Source: Ophelia neglecta (lineage: Eukaryota). Taken from it: a stretch of 64,000 nucleotides of DNA. Positions within the stretch are counted from its first letter, which is position 1. Every line of letters starts with the position of its first letter. Of this stretch, positions 14,145-26,636 are shown piece after piece. A model generated the notes under the pieces. It made no database searches, had not been told where the DNA came from, and saw nothing but the letters and a program-made list of their open reading frames with translations. Position numbers and translations under genes: made by a program. The stretch lies in the NCBI GenBank assembly GCA_965285935.1, contig OZ260667.1, forward strand, positions 14,260,001-14,324,000, given 5' to 3'.

Positions 14145-14846
14145 CGCCCCCCCCCCCCCCTGGCATAGTAGGCCTATTGGCTGATAACTTCGTACTAACT
14201 ATTACTATTTCATGACATAGATTATGCTTCTACGGTTAGAATGCAGTCCATATATTTAGCGAACTTGAGATCGGGTGCCTTTAATAGTAAATACGCAGAA
14301 CGGAATTCTGATAAGCAATAACAGCGGACTCCGCAGCCCCTCCATGTATAGTTTTTTGAGACCCCAGGTTACTATAGCACTAAGCATAGCACGCCAGGCG
14401 AAGTATTTGAAAGTGCTGGAAACAGAAAACCTTAAATTTCGATAGCATAATTGGTAACCTTTATTTCTTATCTTGCCAATAAGGACTTTTTAGTTTGAAA
14501 AATAGTCAAATTTTCCCAGAAGGATAATTCTTATTCAGGATTTCAATTTAATACGTTAAGATTGATAAGATGCTGTACAAAATACATCCGACTGTTGCCA
14601 TGTGTTGTTTCAGCTGGTTGTTTACAACGAATAGCTTTGAGATTTTTTTTTATACGTCTCATCAAGACGCAATATATCATATCAATCTATATTTGGTTCT
14701 CATCTATACATCTATTGTACGACCGCGGATAACTCGCTCAACTAAACCGGAGATCATCCAGTTAAGACTGATTACACATTGATCGGTTTATCACCGTACA
14801 GTGATATCTTACTATAGATAAGCATGTGCACGAACAAAACAATATA

Positions 14847-15049
14847 CAGTGAAACCTGGTCTAAAGGGCACCTGGAAATTAGGGGCACCTGATAATTAGG
14901 GACAGCTACATTAGGACCCAACATATCGGTCTGATTTTGGAGGTGGTCTGTTTAGACAAATTATTTAACATCGAAAGTATACAGCATAGTCATCATGTTA
15001 GTGGCAGGTGGTCTGATAATAGAGGTGGTATTTAAGGCAGGTTCCACTG
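14847..15049. mobile_element. Tc1/mariner-pogo-type MITE (family A), full length
   Basis: TA|CAGTGAAACCTG...CAGGTTCCACTG|TA with internal GACCACC/GGTGGTC repeats. Confidence 0.85.
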
Positions 15050-18000
15050 TAATAGCAGACTCAAACCTTACACACATTGCTTACAAACCGATCGGCTACA
15101 GCCTGATGTGACACTGTTACATCCATAAGGTACGATCGATTGTAACTAACGCTAAATATGCTTTAACGTATTAAAATAGTTGGTGACCCCCATTTTATAC
15201 TTATTTAATTTAGAAGATGTCGGAAACCACCAAAGTATTTATTTTCCTCATAATATCACAACAAACATGATTACTTCATCTTAAGGATACACAAAGTATA
15301 GTTCTGCTTGAAGATAGGCAGTGCAAAGAAATGTAGAAAAGAAAAATGATAAACGAGTCTTTAAAAACTCATCGAGTGTTAACGAGCACTCGGTCAACAG
15401 GAATGTCTGTACAGAGACTGCTAGTTCCACTGATGCATCGCTTGTGAATGCAATGTACACTCCTCTTACCCAACCGCCTCGTGGTGGGGCGGGCGTGTTG
15501 ACAAGGCGAAATAAGCCCCTCCATTCGTTGCACAAAACTCACAAAAGATACTATAGTCTTGACATTCTTACTGGCGATAGCTGAAAGTGATCATTTTAGA
15601 CAGATTTGAAGCGGGAACATGCAAAAGGTCTACCGGGTGTCCTTGCCCTTAGGGTCGGTTTTATTTAAGAGTTTCCTCTTAATGGTTAATACCGCTCTTA
15701 GTGCATGGACTAACTGAACATTCAAACCTTTCTCTTTATGTAGAGGCAGAATGGGGACCCTAACTCTTGTAGCTGATATCTCGGAAACAAATTGCAAAAC
15801 TCTACCCTAGACCAAATATATATCTCAGGGCTGACGATGTTTTGTTAATTTAATATTTACCTTGCCCCCTCCCCCTTCCCCCAACCCTCTTTGTAGAGCC
15901 ACTTTATTGTTGGTCTCTTAAAGGCCCAATAATATCCGGTCCTCCCCATAAATAAATATATTTCAATACTCAGGAAGCATCTCAGTAGCGAAAACGTATA
16001 TGTTTTTCTATAGGAATCCATAAATCACGGAATATCACAATGGACAACTTAAGAATAGCTCATATTTAAAAATAGAAATATGAAACCGGCCTGTTTATAA
16101 ATAGGAAATCTTTGTTGAATTCTTTTGACTTTAGGACATATCCATTCATTAAATGCGCAGTCACATATTTCTTGATTGTATGTTCTGATATATATATATA
16201 GAACGTGCACTGTCTGATTCATCATATTAATATTTTATTTTTACTCTTGAGTGAATATTTTCAAGGTCTTCTGAGAATTCGATTACCTACATTTCTGCGA
16301 CTGAAAAAGTATATTTTTCAGAAAAATGTCCTATTTTCTAATCTACTCCAAGTTTGACTTCACAAAACTTCACCAGACTTTTCTTTATGTTACACTTTGG
16401 TTGCAAGACATCGCTTAGTGTACTGTTGCCTCTGTTGGTGGCATTTAAATATGGAAGATAGTGGCCATGATAGGTCTCATAAGGAATTACTTGTTGAATC
16501 CTTTCACTTTAAGGCCTTTCCATTCATTATATACGCAAAGTCAGATAATTCTCCATTTTAAGTACTGTTATGTACATATATGTTCTCGGGCACTGCTTGA
16601 GTTGGCTCGATGGACCTTGTCACCATTGAAGATAAAGAGATCATTTGGCTTTAGTGAGATACTACCTTGAATATATTCTCCTAGTACGTAGGGCTCCATC
16701 AATTTTGTTGGAAACTTCCTTTTCGACATGCCTTGCGAGGGTTAAGTGCATTAATGGTCTACCTCACTTTGAGTAAAATTGCAGGAAAAGCAAAAAAATT
16801 TTCATCTTATCAAAAACCGATGTTTATGCAACAACGTTCTAACTTAATGAGATAGGCCGTTGCTGCACCCACTACTTTTGTCGGATTTTTCCTTTGTGTT
16901 ATAACTTGAGTTACCAATTGCTGAATTACTTCGCCCTGCCTCAAGTTGTCCTCTGTCACATAGAGATCTATCGATTCGAGCTCTAAAGGGGGATTTAAAC
17001 GTCTACCATGTACTTAATCACGAAAGAGAATGTTGATGTGTCTCACACCAAAAACCTTGTCGAGGATCAGCGAGGTCACTTCATCGTGGATCTACCCCGA
17101 GTCGATTGCGGGACATATTTTTCAATTACTTCCAAACATGCAGCTTTCACTTTTGCGTTCATCTCCTGCATATTTTGCAGCTGGCATATTGTTAAGACAT
17201 TTTTACTACCTTTCATCGTTAGCAAGAATCCTTTACCAACTCGTCTGTGTTACATATTTGTTATGAGAGACGACAGACCGTAGTCATGCCAGTGAATGGA
17301 AAACAATTACAAAAATGTTAATGCAGAGAGTCCCTATCTTCTTGTTAGCAACATATCAAGCTTGGTTTATACGTTAGAAGTTTGCAGGGAACACAGAACA
17401 CGCAGGACAGCTAAGATTTTGTCTGAGTACTTGCGATTATCATATTGCAATACCCTAGATTTATATTTCAATGACATCCTCGAATGATTTGTCATCTACA
17501 TGATTGTATACCTATGATATGTGTAGTGTATAAAAAGTCGGTCAGACCCTATAAACATTGCTAAAGTGCAATACAGTTAATACGACAGAAAATCTAGTGT
17601 TTTTTCAGTGTTTAGATTTAATAGCCAACTCTTCCCTTTTATTCATTAAGCATCCCATAGAGTGGGAGTTTAAATTATTGCATCATGCATATAAGGCAGT
17701 TACACACAAGACACGGTTTTCTAGCCGGGAAAAATACCGAAAAAATAAAGACTGAATGGTTTTATAAAATGTCGGAATTGTTCTGGCCCTTTTGCACATG
17801 AAAGCATCTTTGCATGCCCGAAAGGATGGATAGTTAAAATGACAAAAACTTTATTTTGACAACTTATGCACCAGATTGCCTGCTCATAGAAATGTTTATT
17901 TCGTTATAATGTATTAACATGGTACAGTTCAATATATTCCTGCTAGCAAAACGGGGAAACTTCTGACTAAATACGTACATTTCATTTACCTAATCCTATA

Positions 18001-18819
18001 TTAAGAAGTCTGATTCCAACGAATAACTAAGATAAAGGTAGACAATGCCAAACGTGGCAGCCGGTTTGAAAGTGGCTTCAATACCGCTACTTGCTTATTT
18101 TTAGCTTGCTTGAACAAGAAGACATGGGTGTACTAATCAATATCAACATCATTCGTATAAGTGTCTGGGAGGCTGAGATATTAATTAAGACAGCTCCTTA
18201 TCGGCGAGCAATAATTATGTGATTGCGATTTTGAAGGTCAACGAAACAAGAAAGGAAAGGAGATAGCACAAAGAAGGCAGAGCCCAACATACTTAAATTG
18301 TGCCAAAAAGTTGATCTTCCACCTTTTGCTTAAAGATGCCAAAGAGAGTCAAAATTTGTTCAAATCCGACCAGTATATATTAATGCTGTATCAGGTTATC
18401 TGCCCTCTTTTATGTGGTGTATTGCATTACCGTACTCTGTCATATTTAGAGCTCTTCCTGCTCAGAGCTAACTAAACGGTTGGAAGCATCGCTATTGGTT
18501 GAAGCATTGCTTCCTGGCTGGATGAAAACTAACATTATATGGGACAGTTGGTATATTACAACAAATTTGTAGACCCGTGCAGTGATATTTGAAATTTTCC
18601 CTGAGGGGTAAAATTCCCTAGTAAGCCCGTCACTTTGTTTTTCTATGTTTAATAGGCATGTATAAACCGAAAGAGAGGTTGACTGGTGCTCGGAACATTA
18701 TTTAATATTATTTGCTATTGGTATTTGTTACCGGTCTTGTTATCGTATAATATCGAATATCACCATTTAGTAATAATACAGTGTTATGTGACATTGCATG
18801 AACTTATGGGTTAATGAGG

Positions 18820-19085
18820 ATAAGTGTGAGTTATTGCGGGTTATTGGGAGTTATTGTTGATAATTGTGACATATTGTGAATTATTGTTAAGGTTATTATG
18901 CATTAGTGTAATTTATCGTGGTTTATCATGAATTATTGTAGGTTATAATGTATTTTTGTAGGTTATCGTGAGTAATCGTGAATTATTGTGAGTTAGCATA
19001 GTTTATCGTGGTTTATCGTTGTTTATTGTGGTTTATCGTGAGTTATCGTTAGTTATCGTATAGTATTGTGAGTTATCGTGTCACT
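18820..19085. repeat. Degenerate 10-bp tandem repeat (GTTATYGTGA)n
   Basis: Roughly 25 imperfect units such as gtttatcgtg, agttatcgtg, agttattgtg. Confidence 0.85.
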
Positions 19086-19175
19086 TATTTTATGCTATTG
19101 TGCAATGTTGCTACTAGTTTAAACTATTATACCAATAACATGATTTTGCAGGGCGTTACGCTATATCAGTGGCCC

Positions 19176-19243
19176 GACATAAATTATCAGCAGCCCTTCG
19201 CCTCGGGCGCTATGACTATGGCGGGCTGCTAATAATTTATGTC
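19176..19243. repeat. 21-bp-stem inverted repeat (hairpin)
   Basis: gacataaattatcagcagccc ... gggctgctaataatttatgtc, 1 mismatch, 26-nt loop. Confidence 0.8.
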
Positions 19244-19316
19244 TAAACAGACCACCTCCGAAATAAGACCAGTATTTGCCAGTCCCTTAGGTGGTCTTAA
19301 TTCACAGGTTTCACTG
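19241..19316. mobile_element. MITE family A, right half only
   Basis: taaacagaccacctccgaaataagacc...cacaggtttcactg|ta matches the 3' half of 29783-29960. Confidence 0.8.
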
Positions 19317-20079
19317 TATATTCAAAAAGGCATAGAAAGAATGTTTCCGTCAATACTACTTGTATTTTTCCCTTTTCGGCGTTGTAATCTGGTAGACTCT
19401 ATACCCAGTAGTATGTATCTAGAGGCGCACCAGAATCTGTATCCATAGGTTAATCGTAATTGAGACGTAGAACCCGAACAAAATTTGGTAAAACAAGTAT
19501 TTTCGGCACTGAAAAAGATATGACGACTAGTTACTTTATTAGGTATTGTATTTGACCGGTGATTGCACGTAGGGTGGTGGCAGCATTGCTCTTAACGTGG
19601 GTAAGATAATTTGGTATCTTAAAGACTGGCGAACATACCGGTTTCCTTTTTTTGGTACCTGGTACTGTTTCTTCCACGTTCGTTGGCTTTTCTTTTTCCT
19701 CTGTGTCAGCTTTGCCGGTCATTTCACTTACTTGGCTTTGTTTTGGAGGTTGGTTGAAGACATTACATAAAATTATTTGCGAAACCAGCAGGGAAATTGA
19801 GGTACATCATTGCAACATGGCGTCGGGCTCGTATGAATACTATAGAAATAATGCTACGCTGGTCGTGAATATGTTGTTTTTGCTTTATATTTGGCAAAGA
19901 AATTCTTTAGGAAGTATATTAAATGTGAAATACAATAAGCTACAAGCAATTAGATATGTCACATAATTATTTAGGATGCCCCTTAAGATAATAATGGGGA
20001 AGGGGTGGGCGCTACATTTATTGATGAATAGGGGTTTGTACTCGGGGTTGAGGAATTTAAACACCCGGAAGGTGTTCTC

Positions 20080-21256
20080 TTATATTATGGCCCTCCCTGG
20101 GATCTTCGCTTCTGCTGACAGAATAAAACATGCATTAAAACCCATCTTCTAGACCTTCCCTTGATTAACTAATTAAATTGTGTACCCCTCTAAAATTAAA
20201 TACATATAATGGAGTTGATCATACTTCCGTTGAGTTCCTCGATGTGGTACTTGCTGAAGACGAGATCGACTGTGATGTACAGCATGACGTGTGACATCAT
20301 CAGCCAGAATACTGTGGTATATTTATCTGCCCGACCGCCATCAAAGTACATGGCAAACCCAGAGAAAATGTTCACAACTAAGGGGAAAAACAGAAATCTA
20401 CATTATTTAGAATTATAAGATGTGTCTAGTTACTTACTGGCCCACTTGTCTTTGATTTACTGAGTACATGTATATTGCCCTGGAGAATGCGCATCCACCA
20501 GTTTTGTACAAACAAGTGTTTTGAAAACAATATTTTGGTTATTTGCCTTTTAAAATATGAATTGGTTCAGAACTGTACGACGAGATGACAACAGAAAGTT
20601 CCAGGACGGTAAAGAAAATCTTTATTTTGTTTAAATTATGCCTACAGGGAAAAGCTGTTGCTCTCCACAGGACACCGGGTGGGTAAACATTGATTTTCCC
20701 AGCCTGAACGATATTTAACCAGCCCTTGAGTCAATACAGTATACCCACCTCCCAGTATATGAGCCAGGGAGCCGATCGCCCAGTGGACCCAGTTGAAGGT
20801 ATGTCTATTCTCAGCATCAGGCTCAGGGCGAAACACAGCAATAATCGGCTGCGAAAGAAACAAACGAATGATAACACTTGAGGATCATTAAGAGATCGTG
20901 GAGAGATCTTGGCGATCACTGGGCGCTGACTGTCATGAGATCGAGCCAAAATATCATCGCCCAATGGTCGCATAACTTTGTTCCGTCCAGGGTAAGGACG
21001 GCATAACCGACCAGAGCATTTGACCAGTCAAGGAAATTAATCATTGTCCAATCTCACCACGTACATGAACCCCACTCACAAATCGAGGTGTAATTGATAT
21101 TTCGATATCTAATATTTAGCACTTTCTTTATTTAAACATACATGTTCTGTACTATCCCAGGCAATCGTCAAAACTAACAAGACTTACATTCACGATGACG
21201 AAGAGTGTGACAAACAAGCCAATGTACGGATGCGAATTACTGAAAGCACTGCTACG
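20080..21256 (-). pseudogene. FRRS1: 3' four exons of a ferric-chelate reductase 1 (FRRS1/SDR2)-like cytochrome b561 gene; 5' part not found in the window
   Basis: Exons 21256-21188, 20848-20749, 20377-20225, 20114-20080 splice in phase to RSSAFSNSHPYIGLFVTLFVIVNPIIAVFRPEPDAENRHTFNWVHWAIGSLAHILGVVNIFSGF...TEAKIPGRAII*. The HPxxG...P...FRP...R..FNWxHW pattern is typical of FRRS1. AATAAA on the minus strand near 20020. The exons themselves show no disablement. Confidence 0.8.
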
Positions 21257-21665
21257 CTAAAAGAATAAAAGATTACAATGTTTTATTTTTACTAATTCTG
21301 CTAATAAAAAGCTCTTTCAACACAGAATGAAGCCGTTACAACGAAGAGAAGGACTACATTCCGCTACTGGAGTGAACTATACAAAATTATATTCAATTGG
21401 AAAATCGTGTATTTTGTGAGTAACTTTGACGTTGAGATTTTTTTTTGAGACTGTATGGATTTTTTGTAAGTCTTGTTAGTTTTGACGATTGCCTGGGATA
21501 GTACAGAACATGAATGTTTAAATAAAGAAAGTGCTAAATATTAGATATCGAAATATCAATTACACCTCGATTTGTGAGTGGGGTTCATGTACGTGGTGAG
21601 ATTGGACAATGATTAATTTCCTTGACTGGTCAAATGCTCTGGTCGGTTATGCCGTCCTTACCCTG
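20988..21665. repeat. 201-bp inverted duplication (arms 20988-21188 and 21465-21665, 276-bp spacer)
   Basis: The arms are reverse complements with one mismatch by my reading (gaacatgTatg vs gaacatgAatg). Confidence 0.95.
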
Positions 21666-21690
21666 TGAGTGTTACTCTTGCGATCTGTGT

Positions 21691-21897
21691 AGTATCCTAA
21701 ATATGTAAGTTGGCTATCAAAGTGTTATCTTGCACTCATATTCAGTATCCTGAATATGTAGATTGTCTATCAAAGTGTTATCTTACACTCATGTCAGTAT
21801 CCTGAATATGTATGTTGTCTATCAAGGTGTCATCTTACACTCATATCATTATCCTGAATGTATATTGTCTATCAAAGTGTTATCTTACACTCATATT
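21691..21897. repeat. Tandem repeat, ~52-bp unit x4
   Basis: Unit agtatcctgaatatgtagattgtctatcaaagtgttatcttacactcatrtc. Starts 25 bp after the inverted-repeat arm. Confidence 0.9.
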
Positions 21898-24048
21898 ACA
21901 ATGTGTTGTATGGTAATCATAATAACCCTACAAGGTTACTATGTAAGTACATGTATATTAATAGTTATGAGATCTGGCATGTAATATTACATGGTCACAG
22001 CATAACTTTGTGATCTTGCTCAGCCTCTGTTGTTATCATCCGTTTCATCTCACTGCACCTTTTCATCCCCATTATCACCCATCCCGTTCTCATACTTCAT
22101 CACTGTTTTTATCATTGGTCGGTGAAATAGTCCTCTGGACTAATGTTACCTGTTAAAAAAAACTATGTAACCGACGGTAAATAAATTTTATCTTATCTTA
22201 TCTTATCTTAGACTATATATCATAGCGATTTTTATTATACTGTAGACAAAGACAAAGCACGACTCAGGAGTAAATGATCGGTCGCGGGTGAAAGTATATA
22301 CTATCTATATTTACCAGAAATTCAATGTAGCTGCTAACACCTTCCATCACTGTCAGTAACCTTACTGTAGTATTATAATTCCGGACATACAGCCCTCTCC
22401 TATAGCCGATCAAATGTAACCCTAAATCCTGACACAAATGTGTTTTGAACATGGAGCAGGACGGGGTGGAATAACTTTAATGAAAGAGGTGGATAAAAAT
22501 GATTATTGTTGCCACAATTATAAGTCAAAGTAAAGTTTTGGGGCGACATCGGAAAAAACTCCGGACTCTCCTCACACCTTGATTTACGGACTGCTGATAA
22601 TTGATTGAGAAACGGACAATCTTTTTTTTTGGGGGGGGGAGGGGGGGGGGGCGGGCTATATATTCTATATACCTATCACCTATATACCTATGTACCTATC
22701 AGCTTGGGGTTAGATCTTTACAATACTCATTACATGATCGTTAGGCCATTAATGAATAAATAGGGGCACTATACATTAAGACAATTAATGGCAATTACAC
22801 GAATTATACAGCTGGACCTAAACCAGCACTAACTTTTGAAGTTTGAATGACTTTGATCTGGCAGTTAGAGAGTGTGATAGAGCGCCGGGGACAGTCACTG
22901 ACAGCCCCGATTGGATCAAAGAATTGACAGCAATAATCGATAAAGCTAAAGATGACACTCAGATGACAGTTATCTGTGGCTGCAATGTTTTTAAATAGTT
23001 ATTTGCTATCTGATAATTTTGTGTTGCATGTATAACGTGCTTCTCAATTAAAATTATGCCTACACAACTAATTAACAAATGGGTGTGACAGATGTTATAT
23101 TATAACTCAACATCTGTCTTATGTATATATAGTCTTACCAAGAAACATACTATAAAAATATATAAAACATTTCTCCCCGTATACATAATTTTAGTATAAT
23201 TACGACACCCGTATAGCATCCACGCATGTGGACAAACTAAAGGAAAAAACTACAGTTGGGTGCTAGAAATAGTTAGAAAAAGATATTAATGTTGATACAA
23301 TATGCCAGATAAATGGCCCGGCCGGGGTGTAGGTAATGGAAAGACGTTTCAATTACCACATTTTCAAACCAAATATGCGTAGTTCTGCCTTGTCCCTCCT
23401 CAGGCAGCATTGATCAATTTGTATGGTTTGTATTACAAAAAAATGTTGTTTTTTTTTACACAAAAAGTCCCCCCTGTATCTTTATTGAATAAAAATAGTT
23501 TATTGCCACATAAAACATATAAATACAACATTACCAACATGAATGATATGATGAATTAAACACGTGACATAGAACTTTACAACAAAAGAACAGTTTGTCA
23601 CTTCGCCTGGATTAGAGCACAATAATTAGTTGTATCTGGTCGCTTAGGCCTATGTCCGCCTTACAGGATTTAAAAAACACAAAGCTTTCACGGAGAATAA
23701 CATGTATGCAATTACGTCTTTTATTCGAGGTATAATTTTAGTTAAGTTTGTCATGGGAGGTATGAATCTACTTGTCGAAAGAACATTGTATAATGTAATC
23801 ATATATGTGCTTGGATCCATATCTTATCATACGAAGGCCATTGTATACAATTTGTAAAGCCTGTCCTGAAAGTAGGAATTTATCTTCAGTGCTAGAAGGA
23901 TGCACACGTACAATGAAAAAAACTCCGAAATATTGTTTGGGCAAGCGGGCGGAGTGGGGCTGGGCGGACTGGGTGGGGTGATGTTGCCCCGTGGACGCGG
24001 GTTTCAAAACCTCCTTCCCCTGAGATAAAAGGTCCTATCTATACTAAG

Positions 24049-25580
24049 CAGGGTTGGGTTTCTGCCGGCAGAAACCTGTTTCCGCCGGACATGTGGCGGA
24101 AAGTGGTTATAACCGGCGGAAATGGGTTTTAGCCGGCGGAAACTGGCGGAAACCGAAACCTCCACACACAGATTGTGAAAATACACTATATTCCCATGAT
24201 GTAACTCAATCAATGGAACTAGAGGGGTGGTGGCTTCCCATCTTACAGGTAGTAGCTTCCAGACATGGGGCGAAGACACTTGATCAATCTCACGAATACA
24301 GCAGTTTTCAAATGTATTCGAATACAAATACTTTCGAAAGTATTCATACTTTGGGTTTTGTATGACAAAAAATGGATTATATTAATTAGATTATATAGCT
24401 ATTTAATATTGATTAAATTATACATTATTGATTACACAACCTGATATAGGAGGTATAACAAACAATTTATTAAATGCCTTAACAAATTGATGAGATGGCT
24501 CTGGCTTAAATACAGCTTCCAAAACATGGGCACTCGTCAAATTTAGCCAATCACCACACCTCTACTGGTATTAAGAATGTACAAAAGTGCCATATGTATG
24601 TGTGAAAATCAACACTCAAGTCCAATTCACTGGCCTCCACTTTGCACCAAGTTCAGGAGCATTAATTAAAATTGAACTCATGACCAAGGAGACAGAAGCA
24701 CTTGGCAAAGCTTGAAACTGATCTTGTCAACGCGACCAGGGTACAAGGCATCTGTCTTTCAACACTCTCCTTCCCTAATTCCTACACTTAAGACAATTGA
24801 TTGGTCTGTTTAATATCATACTCTCAACCATTGTCTCACCTGATCACTTCATTAGTCTGCTAATTATCATGTTGTCAGACAATGTCAGTCATTGTCTCAC
24901 CTCAATCCAAACATAACACTGATCAATGGGACTTTTAAAACTACCAAACTAACAAAGCAGTCTCAACTATCTGTTCCAGCATGGAACTTAAGATAGATGT
25001 GGAAATTCTAAGATCAGTTAATTAAATTAATTAATATTTTCTTTAAAAGAGTTTTAAGGGGAAAGTTGTATATAAATATTTAGTAGTAGCTTCCGTTCTG
25101 AAGAGTGGAGACTTCAATTTGTGTTTGATTAAAGTGTGAGTTAATTGGTATATAAATAACCACTTCAAATACAGTTTTGAATGATTACTGTATGGGAATA
25201 TTAAAGATGGATCAATAAAATGATAACTTAAACTTAAAAAATTTGTTATATTTTCAAATAATCTTGTTTTAGAATAATAGAAAATGTAAGTGGAATTGTG
25301 GCTTATTTTGTAGATGAACATTCTTGGGGCTGTGAGGTAGGGATAATTATTTTATCAAATAAGCTGTTCAATACAGTGAATTCCATAATCTGCATCTATA
25401 GATGTAATGCTGCATAGCCTTTTAATGAAGAAAAACAGAGAAAGCAAGTCAAAAATTACAAAATGAGGTTTCCGCCGAGAAAAGTGGCAGAAACTGGCAG
25501 AAACCTGTTTCCGCCGGACGGGTTTAAACCGGCGGAAACTAGGGGGTTTAAACCGCCTTCGGCGGAAACTGCCAACCCTG
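24049..25580. mobile_element. Non-autonomous hAT-like DNA transposon, 1532 bp
   Basis: Termini CAGGGTTGG...CCAACCCTG, perfect 8-bp TSD ATACTAAG (24041-24048, 25581-25588), subterminal CCGGCGGAAA repeats at both ends, no transposase ORF. Confidence 0.9.
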
Positions 25581-25679
25581 ATACTAAGAAGCACAACTGA
25601 GAAGGCTGTCATTAGCTGTGCACCTCGAGTTCTGCAATATAACATAAACCGCAGGAAAATAAAACAATATAATAAACTT

Positions 25680-26558
25680 TGCAATGTTTACTACACTGGG
25701 ATGACGAGCTAGAATTGGCTCACAAACTTCAGCTACAAAAACGCACTGTGTGGGTTAAAGAAGGTAAACCCAGAGGTCCGGAATATCATTCTTATAGGGA
25801 ATACAAGTCGGCCAAAACGAAATTTCGAATAAAACAATATGCCAAGTCTAACAGCCGTCAACATGAACGCTACGAGAAATCCCAACACCAGAGTGAATTC
25901 GACCTCCGCTCCTTTTGGAGGTATGTTCGTAGAAATCAGAGTCTCTACACCTAATCAAAAACGGAGATACTACCTACCGTACACTTGTGGAATTAATATA
26001 ATGAATGAAGGAATTTGTGCTTTAGAAATACATCAGTGGGCTTTTTCGATGTCAAACAAACCCGGATGTCACGTGTATAGCTATGCTTTTGGGGAGGAGT
26101 TGTCTCCAACTGTTCTGTATACCAGTTTGATAGACGGAATATAGAGTTACAAAACCTCGTAATTAACCTACTGTGGCTCTTCTATTTATACAACATCAGT
26201 TTAAAAGTATCATGTGCTCTGTGTAAATCTGAGGTACTATGTCCATTTAGTCATATGTTTTGCGTCACATATTTGGTTTGCGCTGTGTAACTTAATTAGT
26301 GTGGATACTTATGTAATTAAGGATAAATCTGATCTATATACTCTATTGAAACAAGTGTGTATATTCTATGGGCCTTTCTGTAAATCAATGTGAATAGTTA
26401 TGTGAACCTACCGGAACGTAGGTACCTTGATTGAATCGCCGATGTAGGCATCGTTATTATTGTTGTACATATATTTCACCCTCTACATAACTATGTTTGA
26501 TAACATTCTTTGATTAACCGTGTTGAATGTAATGCTCTCATCGAGTTGAGGATAATCG

Positions 26559-26635
<77 letters not shown>
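25680..26635 (+). mobile_element. Internally deleted 3' portion of a LINE (L2/CR1-group-like) ending in an (ATCA)n tail
   Basis: WDDELELAHK...WVKEGKPRGPEYHSYREYKSAKTKFR...DLRSFWRYVRR resembles the endonuclease-RT linker of such LINEs. A CALCKSEVLCPFSHMFC knuckle-like motif lies near 26212 and the microsatellite tail follows. Confidence 0.6.
26559..26635. repeat. (ATCA)n microsatellite, ~19 units
   Basis: Direct reading. Confidence 0.95.

Positions 26636-26636
<1 letters not shown>

Noticed and set aside
15150-16745. Possible TTAA-targeting element ending AGGG|TTAA (a similar end lies near 43994)
   Set aside because: No matching left terminus was found.
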